Shown here: positions 56,872 through 64,000 of the stretch, one piece after another | Numbering within the stretch: the first letter of the stretch is position 1 | Layout: each line of letters starts with the position of its first letter | DNA from: a virus | IMG/VR virus record: IMGVR_UViG_3300013099_000021 | Coordinates: 6,817-70,816 of that record | DNA: 64,000 bases | Reading direction: 5' to 3' (one strand) | Translations under genes and position numbers: made by a program | The notes under the pieces: model-generated | What the model saw: only the letters and a program-made list of their open reading frames with translations | Databases searched by the model: none | What the model was told of the DNA's origin: nothing

Positions 56872-59172
56872 CTAAGCCGTTTTTTGTGATTGTTCTGCTT
56901 GTGCAGCATCGAAAGATTTCTCCAAGCTGATTTGTTGCATCTTCCTTTCATGCTCATTATTGTTGTTGCGATCTTCCAGGTCCAACTTATTTGTGTCCTG
57001 TTGAATTTTAAGGTCGCTCTCAAATTTCTTTGTCTGACGATCCTGGTCACCTTTGGTGGCGGCTGTCTGTTGTGCGTTCTTAGCGTCCAGGTCCATATTC
57101 TCCCTCTGGATCTTTAACTGACGATCCTTATTTTTCTTGCTGCGGAAGTTTAATACAATCTCTGCCAGCTTCTCATTGCCAGCCTCCAACATCCTTTCGA
57201 TCATCATAAAGTCAGCCTCCTCGATGCCCACGAACCCATCCTTGTCGGGCTGCATAGATTTCATGGCTGCCTCCATAATCATCTGCTTGCGCTGTGCGGT
57301 AGGCTTCGCTTGTATCTGGATCTCCCAATCAGCATCCAATACCTCTGTGCCGATAGAAAGGATCTTCACCCCGGCACCACCCACAACAGGGATATACCCC
57401 TCATAGGCTTTCTTGTCGTGCCTGACAAGCAACTGGATCCTTATAGCTGCTGCCCGGGCCACCAGTTCTTTCAACCTGATGTATCCGGCATATATTGGTT
57501 TAAGGGCATTGGCGGTGGCCGCAATAGCCATCTCAGCGCCTCCTACGCTCTGGTTGGGGTCTGGGTTACTGGCATCGGCAACCTGATTGATACCTGTCAG
57601 GTCACGGATAAAGTTGAGGTTCAAATCAAAGAGTGTAATAAATTCCTGCAGTTGGGGTCCTATGCCACCGACAAGTTCCTGGATGGGCCTCATGCCACCT
57701 GGGACATTTGGTTTACCCATGTGGGTAGTTGTCTTGTAGATCAGGTCACCGGTGTCTCTCCGGATGGAAAGAATATCCAATGGCTCCATTTTCTCTCCCC
57801 CCAGCTTCATATTCATCAGGGAGGTGTATTCAACGGCTATCCCGGAGTTGGCAGACATAGCCAGGGCGTTCTGCATCTTCAACCAGGTCAACTGGATCTG
57901 GTCCAGGTTGGGAACGGAAAGACTTACGATACTCCGTCCAGGAAGTTTATAGAACTTGTAAGACAGCTCGACTTCTTTCTTCCCTTTGCGAGGTACATCG
58001 TACTGTAACCCATAGTCGTAGACGAACTCAGTGCCAACGATCCATTTGGCCCGATAGACAACCTTATACTCATTGGTAGTGGTCTTTCTGGTGGAATTGT
58101 CGTAAAATTTGTCATCCTCTTCTTCATATTTCCTGGACTCCCCCCGGGCATTGGTGCGGGTAGTGAAGTTCTTTGAGTTAATGGAGAACCATTCGGCATC
58201 CATTATGTCGATCATAAAATTGTCATACTTCCAGCCACCACCATTGATTTGCAGGTCCTCCTCTGTCCAAGAAGCAAGGTTTTGATTGGCGTTGCGCCCG
58301 TTATAGAATTGGGCCAGCTCACGTAGTTTTGTTTCTGAGATACCGGTGTTCTTCCGGATATTGGAGATAGATTCAGAAACTATCTCTCCACCATATTCTG
58401 AGTTGCGGTGGTCCCAGTGCTTTGAGTATTGCATGATCAGCCTGACAGGATCGACCCATCGTGCTTTCACCTTGCGGGTGTACTGATCCGTAAAGTCTTT
58501 TACTGCAGCACAGTTGATTGTGGCAAAGTCATCGAGCATCTTGCGCTTGATCTCCTTCCAATCAGAGATATACATCGTGTAGCTAAGGCCCTGCTCGATC
58601 TCTGTTTCTTTGGCCAGCTTAAAGCCTCCTACCTGTTGGTACATCTCCAACTCGTCCACTGTCTCAGGGATCCACTCTGGCTCTGGCTTGTAACCGGAAA
58701 ACTCATTCACTGCATCCAGGATGGGCTTGTACCGGCCCTTGAACCACTTGCGCAACTTCTCAACATCCCTCTCTTTATTACTTGTGGGATCTACTGCCGT
58801 TGCTACGATGGAGTGTTCCTGCTCCTCAAATATCCCCCTGATAATGTGGAGAAATTTGGGCATAACTGAAAAAATCTCCCAATCAACATTTAAGTATCCT
58901 GTAAGATCTCCGCCCTCCTCTGATTCATCCAGAAGTATGTCTTGATATTTGATGACATTCTGGGTCCCGGAAGCGTATCTGCGTAACTCGATTAGCTCCT
59001 CTATTGATGAATATGGAACTCCTGCCCTATCCGTGACGTAGGCTGCATACATCGCCTGACACCACTTGCGGGACCATTCCGCACCCTTTTCCTTGTTAGG
59101 TATCTGATCCTTTGGGAATGGGTACGATCCTCTCTGAAAAGAACTTATGGTATTTAAAGTTACATTAGCCAT
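56872..59172 (-). CDS. portal protein
   Basis: LRRYASGTQ..KY, YLNVDW...MPKF, IRDLTGINQVADAS, C-terminal coiled coil; after terminase. Confidence 0.85.
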   Translation of the reverse strand: MANVTLNTISSFQRGSYPFPKDQIPNKEKGAEWSRKWCQAMYAAYVTDRAGVPYSSIEELIELRRYASGTQNVIKYQDILLDESEEGGDLTGYLNVDWEIFSVMPKFLHIIRGIFEEQEHSIVATAVDPTSNKERDVEKLRKWFKGRYKPILDAVNEFSGYKPEPEWIPETVDELEMYQQVGGFKLAKETEIEQGLSYTMYISDWKEIKRKMLDDFATINCAAVKDFTDQYTRKVKARWVDPVRLIMQYSKHWDHRNSEYGGEIVSESISNIRKNTGISETKLRELAQFYNGRNANQNLASWTEEDLQINGGGWKYDNFMIDIMDAEWFSINSKNFTTRTNARGESRKYEEEDDKFYDNSTRKTTTNEYKVVYRAKWIVGTEFVYDYGLQYDVPRKGKKEVELSYKFYKLPGRSIVSLSVPNLDQIQLTWLKMQNALAMSANSGIAVEYTSLMNMKLGGEKMEPLDILSIRRDTGDLIYKTTTHMGKPNVPGGMRPIQELVGGIGPQLQEFITLFDLNLNFIRDLTGINQVADASNPDPNQSVGGAEMAIAATANALKPIYAGYIRLKELVARAAAIRIQLLVRHDKKAYEGYIPVVGGAGVKILSIGTEVLDADWEIQIQAKPTAQRKQMIMEAAMKSMQPDKDGFVGIEEADFMMIERMLEAGNEKLAEIVLNFRSKKNKDRQLKIQRENMDLDAKNAQQTAATKGDQDRQTKKFESDLKIQQDTNKLDLEDRNNNNEHERKMQQISLEKSFDAAQAEQSQKTA

Positions 59173-59206
59173 GACGAGAAGTGTTTGGGTCAATATAATG
59201 AATTAA

Positions 59207-61456
59207 TCATCGCCTGTAAACCCTCTTTCTGTGAAACTTGCTCATATCAACCTCTTCATTTTCTAATTCAGCTATCTCATCATATATACCGGCAGTACCC
59301 AGGAGGGCATATCCGGCAGCCGAAAACAGGTCATAATCGGTCATCTCCTCCGGGCCTCCAATGTCTCTACACTCCTCTAATAGCTCGATATGGTTCTCCT
59401 CATCAGCCTCAAATTCGATGAAGTTCATGTACTCACCAAAGATGTCCTGTTTGATCTTGTCATTAGTATTCGCACCAGGGGTCTTTCCTTGTTCAAAAGT
59501 TTTTGGATCAACACGGTACAGCAGAAATGCTGAATATCCACGTTGCTCGAAGTAATCCCACAACAGATCGATGTTAATTTCGGGGAACATTTGCACCCCG
59601 TAGTACACGCACATCATCAACATATCCTCCGCATATTCGTACTTGTCGTAGGTACGATTGGAGTATGTGCAGACGAACTTGCGCTTCATGGAAAAATCAC
59701 CGTCCTTGATTTTCCCCTTCCGCACAACAGCGCCTCCACCTTTTGATTTTCGGTTACCCTCTGTTTTGTTGAATTTAAAGGGGTCACCCCCGGCCACGCC
59801 CCAGGTTGTGTTGCCGGCTTTCCAGGATGTCGTTTCATCATCCCAGTATTTCCGGTTGCTCTCATCATCATTCAACTGGTGGGATACCCTGAACTTACCA
59901 CCCTTACGTGCGACAAACTCCACCCGGGTATCCCTGTCGTTATTCACCCACCGGAAGTCACCCTCAATAGGTAGATCGCTATGATCCTTGAACCTCAGCT
60001 CATCGATGTAGGTTTCAAGTTTCTGCATATTGAACCCGGAGGACTTGGCAGCCGTCCGAAAACACTCTGTAAACGATGTGGGGTATAGTCGCACCTCCTC
60101 AGACAACCCTTCATAGTCACCCGCATCGATGTACCCTTTCCTTCTGTTGAGGAGATATTCTTTTGCTCCTATCTTACGGCCAATAAATGCAGCCTGCTCC
60201 TTTGTTGGCTTATCGATCACCGACATACCGTACCGGTCAATAAACCCCTGCAGCCCCTCAAAGGCAGGGATGAATAGTGTGGCCAGACCAGATCTCGTCT
60301 GCCCGTTGGGTGTGCGCACGAAGTAGTCACTCATCTCGCACTGGTGCTTAAAGGCTTTACCTCCCCCTTTCTCCATCTCACCCACTGTTGAGGTTTTGAT
60401 GGTGAACCCAATTATCTCGGATCCCATTACCAGGCACTCCTTCACTACCAGGTGCCGGTCCCAACAGGACAGCCCCTTCTTCAGCTTACCCACCTCATCG
60501 TCATGGTGGACATACAGCTTGTCACCGTCATAAGCACTGGGGTCTGCCGGCCCGAAGTTGATCATCGATTCAAGACCTATCTCTGAGGTGGCGATAGATC
60601 CTTTGCTGGACAACCTACGTGCCGGTGGTGAGAATGAGATCTCTGTCTTGGGGGAGGTGGATCCCTCGTAGTTGGGTCGGAAGAAGAATGGTAGTTTTTT
60701 CCATGGACCGACCAGGTGTTTTAGGAAACACTTCCTGCCCTGGACCTCATTCATCGATTGGATACCACCCCAGGCACCAATGGTCCGTGAAATGATCTCG
60801 TAACTGATGCACTCCGCTTTGTATGTCGCTCCCTCCCGCCTATGCTTGGGGTAGTTGAATCCGTAGAACACCCGGCCACCGGTGTCTATGAAATCAAAGT
60901 ATCCAGTTTCCTCGTTCCGGATAGCATCTCCTTTGTCGGTGATAAATTTGAAGGTGTGTTGCTCGTTGTAGATGTGTCGGGCAAAGATGAAGAACTTCCG
61001 GTCCCTGTCCCGGAACTTGGGTAGGCCGACATCGATCTTCCACCACGCTATGTAGAAGTAATTCCATCCATCGATAAAAGTTGGCTTGCCATTGTTGAAG
61101 AACCAGTACCCATTAAGCCGATGGTACCACGCCTTCTTCATAAACTTGATCTCTTTCTCGTAGATTTCCTGGTTATTATTCAGGTCATCCCAGATCTCAT
61201 CGATAGTCTCATGCTTGCGCTGCAGCTCCTTTAATCTGCGGGGTATCTTGGGTGGGATCCAAAACTGCTCTTTGGCTTTTTTACCGAACCCCTCTATTTC
61301 GTGATACTCGGGGCACTGGGGTAGGTCTATGCGAAGTGGTACCTGATCTTTGTCATTGATGTTGACCCACAGAAAGCGATCAGGCTTTTTGTACTGTGCA
61401 AGGATCCCGGGGTTAACCTCGTCACCGTATTTCTTTATAAGTGACAGGCTGTTCAT
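59207..61456 (-). CDS. terL: terminase large subunit
   Basis: PKHRREGAT (Walker A variant), HDDEVGK (Walker B), GGDPF RNase-H-like nuclease, YDLFSAAGYAL. Confidence 0.88.
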   Translation of the reverse strand: MNSLSLIKKYGDEVNPGILAQYKKPDRFLWVNINDKDQVPLRIDLPQCPEYHEIEGFGKKAKEQFWIPPKIPRRLKELQRKHETIDEIWDDLNNNQEIYEKEIKFMKKAWYHRLNGYWFFNNGKPTFIDGWNYFYIAWWKIDVGLPKFRDRDRKFFIFARHIYNEQHTFKFITDKGDAIRNEETGYFDFIDTGGRVFYGFNYPKHRREGATYKAECISYEIISRTIGAWGGIQSMNEVQGRKCFLKHLVGPWKKLPFFFRPNYEGSTSPKTEISFSPPARRLSSKGSIATSEIGLESMINFGPADPSAYDGDKLYVHHDDEVGKLKKGLSCWDRHLVVKECLVMGSEIIGFTIKTSTVGEMEKGGGKAFKHQCEMSDYFVRTPNGQTRSGLATLFIPAFEGLQGFIDRYGMSVIDKPTKEQAAFIGRKIGAKEYLLNRRKGYIDAGDYEGLSEEVRLYPTSFTECFRTAAKSSGFNMQKLETYIDELRFKDHSDLPIEGDFRWVNNDRDTRVEFVARKGGKFRVSHQLNDDESNRKYWDDETTSWKAGNTTWGVAGGDPFKFNKTEGNRKSKGGGAVVRKGKIKDGDFSMKRKFVCTYSNRTYDKYEYAEDMLMMCVYYGVQMFPEINIDLLWDYFEQRGYSAFLLYRVDPKTFEQGKTPGANTNDKIKQDIFGEYMNFIEFEADEENHIELLEECRDIGGPEEMTDYDLFSAAGYALLGTAGIYDEIAELENEEVDMSKFHRKRVYRR

Positions 61457-62063
61457 TGTTCGCTAATTTTAAAGCTATATCCTCTGGGCGAAGTTGCAAC
61501 CGCTCCTCCTCCACATACCGTAGAATAGCATCCTTGATGTAGGGGTTGTTATCCTCCGTCAATATCTCGGCCATAGTATCTTCCAGCTCCTCCTGGATGG
61601 ATCGTAGATCAGGGATCCTCTTTGTCTCACCACTCATCACCTCCTGCATCACATTGTAGTAGCTGGCCTCGATGGTTACCAGGTAGGTGTACTTGAATGA
61701 CCGGTGGATCCGTACAAACTCCACAATCTTTCGGTTCACAACATCATTGTTCCCCTTCATCATGTCCTCCACTGGGTCCTCAAAGTTTCCTTTATTGTCC
61801 AGGACAAAACCTACATCATGGGCAATCTCAATCTTTCGCTTCAAAACATCAGTGTACTTGCCACGGTAAGGTGTGGACTTGTCGTACATACAAAAGATGT
61901 ACAGCATTGTGAGATCATTACTCAACTCTGGCCCGGGGGACTTTTTGAAGATGGAATATTTCTTCATCCCGGGAAATATTTTAAAAACCGATTCACCTTC
62001 GGGCACTTTGGAAGGATTGTACATCATCCCCCTGAACTCGATATTTGTGAATTGGAGGTTCAT
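61422..62063 (-). CDS. hypothetical protein, candidate terminase small subunit
   Basis: directly upstream of terL; IFCMYDKSTPY, helical C-term. Confidence 0.45.
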   Translation of the reverse strand: MNLQFTNIEFRGMMYNPSKVPEGESVFKIFPGMKKYSIFKKSPGPELSNDLTMLYIFCMYDKSTPYRGKYTDVLKRKIEIAHDVGFVLDNKGNFEDPVEDMMKGNNDVVNRKIVEFVRIHRSFKYTYLVTIEASYYNVMQEVMSGETKRIPDLRSIQEELEDTMAEILTEDNNPYIKDAILRYVEEERLQLRPEDIALKLANNEQPVTYKEIR

Positions 62064-62332
62064 GCTTGCACAAACATTATATCCGATTGATCGATCAGTA
62101 AGAGATCCTTCCCTTCCAGGTGAAATTCCGTGCCCAGGTTCTTTCCATACTGCACAATATCACCAACAGAAACCTCCATCGGCTCATGGGGTTTGTCGGC
62201 ACCCACTAACAGGACCTTGCCTGAACTGGGCTTCTCCCTGACTGAATCCGGGATAATAATCCCACTCTTTGTCATCCCATCCAAATCAATAGGCTTGATA
62301 AGCACTTTCCCTGCAAGAATTTTACCCTCCAT
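62060..62332 (-). CDS. GroES-like co-chaperonin
   Basis: TKSGIIIPDSVREKPSSGKVLLVG...VSVGDIVQYGK..GTE. Confidence 0.9.
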   Translation of the reverse strand: MEGKILAGKVLIKPIDLDGMTKSGIIIPDSVREKPSSGKVLLVGADKPHEPMEVSVGDIVQYGKNLGTEFHLEGKDLLLIDQSDIMFVQA

Positions 62333-63038
62333 AACTGTTGTTTAAGATTGCTAAAATGTCGTGTCTCTGTATCCTGTACAGCTTAGATCCATCATCGATC
62401 TTCGCATGGTACTCATACTCCACTGGTATGTCACGGATCCTTTTCATCACAACGGTATCACCCAGGTACTCATCATGGAACTGGTCCGACTTATAATCAT
62501 CAGCATAATCCTGGTTGGGCTTGCCGGCATACTTAATCTTCCCATAGGTGACATCTGTTTTGGACAGATCCCGGGTATCGACTTGCTCCATACCGATGCG
62601 CTCATACTCCTTCTGCATCCGTAGAAACTCAGGATCCTCCACCGGCTCCACAAACAAGTATCCATTGATAGGCTGAATATCTTTGTCCAGGATGATTGCG
62701 TAGATGTTGTGGTACTTGATAGAGATCCATGTGGTGTTGCCCTCACGCCAGTAGGTCTTTCTCTCTGGGCGTAAGCAGTTCTGAATGGCCAGGAAGTACA
62801 TCACCACCCTATCACCCACTTTAAGCTCCATGGTTGTTTTCCATGGGTAGCCACTCTTGCCATGGTGGTAGATCAGTTCCTTGGGCACAGCCTCCACCGT
62901 TCCTATCCGTACAACGTGCTTCTCTGGCTCAAAAGAGGTGTCCACATAAAGCTGCAGACCTGATCGTGTTTTGATCATCTTGTTATCCGGATCCAGTTTT
63001 ACGATGACGTTATTTCCCAGTGTCAGCTTTGCCTTCAT
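62322..63038 (-). CDS. tandem double GroES-like protein
   Basis: two GroES-like halves (KTRSGLQLYV..GTVEAVP..VGDRV; QPINGYLFVEPVE..GKIKY..GDTV..DILA). Confidence 0.7.
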   Translation of the reverse strand: MKAKLTLGNNVIVKLDPDNKMIKTRSGLQLYVDTSFEPEKHVVRIGTVEAVPKELIYHHGKSGYPWKTTMELKVGDRVVMYFLAIQNCLRPERKTYWREGNTTWISIKYHNIYAIILDKDIQPINGYLFVEPVEDPEFLRMQKEYERIGMEQVDTRDLSKTDVTYGKIKYAGKPNQDYADDYKSDQFHDEYLGDTVVMKRIRDIPVEYEYHAKIDDGSKLYRIQRHDILAILNNSYGG

Positions 63039-63327
63039 AGTCTTTGTTTTTTACGCAGGTCATTTTTCCCTCGATCTCAACAAACTTCAATTTACCCTTT
63101 CGGACCATTACCTCGAACCTACGTGCCATAGCTCTTTTATCCGAACGTGCCATAGCCTCAAATGCGGCTACCTCATGGTTCCGTAGATTGACCCACTGGC
63201 CTTTGTACTTGATACAGGTGTAGAGATGTTTGACCTCGGTGGCCTTAAACGGTTCCGGCTCATCCGTGGGGGTGGTCCAGAACAAGTTCTTTAGGAAAGA
63301 AACAATCTGCCGAATTATCTGCTTCAT
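63010..63327 (-). CDS. hypothetical protein
   Basis: ORF in operon. Confidence 0.55.
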   Translation of the reverse strand: MKQIIRQIVSFLKNLFWTTPTDEPEPFKATEVKHLYTCIKYKGQWVNLRNHEVAAFEAMARSDKRAMARRFEVMVRKGKLKFVEIEGKMTCVKNKDYEGKADTGK

Positions 63328-63339
63328 AGCGTTTGATTT

Positions 63340-63386
63340 AAAAAAGGGGGGAGGCTTTCGCTGTACTCAGCTTACCGACCTCCCCC
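63340..63386 (-). terminator. putative terminator
   Basis: GGGGGAGG...CCTCCCCC stem followed by T tract on - strand. Confidence 0.55.
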
Positions 63387-63400
63387 GCACCCCAACAATA

Positions 63401-63916
63401 TTATGTGGCTGGTGTTGTAAATGTTTTCAGCTCACTGAAGATTGTTCCAGCGGCACTGAGAGCCTTGATCCTGTAATAATACTGCGTCCCGGCAGTCAGT
63501 CCGGTAAGCAGACAGGTGACGGCTGTTGGCGCATCTCCTGATAGTGGTGATTGGGTTGCTGCCTGAGATGATCCCAACTCCTCTGTTACTCCATACTCGG
63601 CAGTCACAACAGTGGAAACACCCTGGTCATCAACAATTCCAGGAACCGTTGCTGTTGTGGTTGCAACAGTCACAACGGCCTGTGCTGTAACCTCTGGTGG
63701 CTCACTGGCGGATAACTCCCACTGACGGGCGATTACTGGGATTGCATCAGCAACAAATCCAGCTATATCGGCTTTGTCCCCGACATAATGGACTTTCTTA
63801 GTCTCGCTCACTACGAAAAGATTCCTTTCGTAAGGGCCTCTCTGTGTGGTACCCACTTTAGGGTTTACAGGTTTTGCTGTAACCTTTACCACGATGTCTA
63901 ATTTGAAGTCTTGCAT
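63401..63916 (-). CDS. fibronectin type III-domain protein (possible decoration protein)
   Basis: LTGLTAGTQYYYRIKA...FTT FN3 signature. Confidence 0.75.
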   Translation of the reverse strand: MQDFKLDIVVKVTAKPVNPKVGTTQRGPYERNLFVVSETKKVHYVGDKADIAGFVADAIPVIARQWELSASEPPEVTAQAVVTVATTTATVPGIVDDQGVSTVVTAEYGVTEELGSSQAATQSPLSGDAPTAVTCLLTGLTAGTQYYYRIKALSAAGTIFSELKTFTTPAT

Positions 63917-64000
63917 TTGTCTAAGTTTTTAAAGTTGATACTAAGGTATGAATTATTTTCTCTTCCTGATTAACCAGTGCAACCACCTTGGGAGGCATCC

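Noticed and set aside
61160-61198. Block B resembling WDDLNNN in terminase
   Set aside because: Match covers only the middle units and flanks disagree; low-complexity AA runs inflate it
1514-64000. Numerous + strand ORFs in the track
   Set aside because: Antisense shadows of long, motif-bearing - strand genes
1-64000. Stop-codon reassignment as in some crAss-like phages
   Set aside because: Genes are full length and tightly packed under the standard code, and TAA, TAG and TGA all serve as stops

Overview
A 64-kb segment of a lytic-looking Bacteroidota podovirus with crAss-like architecture. Almost all genes are on the - strand. From the right end they run: GroES-like genes, terminase, portal, scaffold, major capsid, tail/fibre genes, ring and muzzle proteins, cargo proteins including a 4477-aa polyvalent protein (adenine MTase, Strawberry-notch helicase, HExxH, LPD38-like), a lysis cassette, then a replication/recombination operon (primase-helicase, YqaJ, RusA, TopoVI-A-like TOPRIM, SSB, antirepressor, PolX-like, RecT-like). 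The standout is 4523-5474: a stand-alone Cas7/RAMP-like gene directly preceded by a 360-bp non-coding array with perfect 5-nt periodicity (GT-NNN on the sense strand), cut into six blocks by U-rich linkers. Removing the GT dinucleotides from the first block gives a 30-mer that translates to RHDYGRILAI. That is exactly a peptide of the neighbouring PolX-like gene, but the DNA differs at 10 synonymous positions. This points to a compact RNA-guided system with a non-contiguous guide code aimed at related phages while sparing self. All protein calls are from motif recognition by eye; no searches were run.
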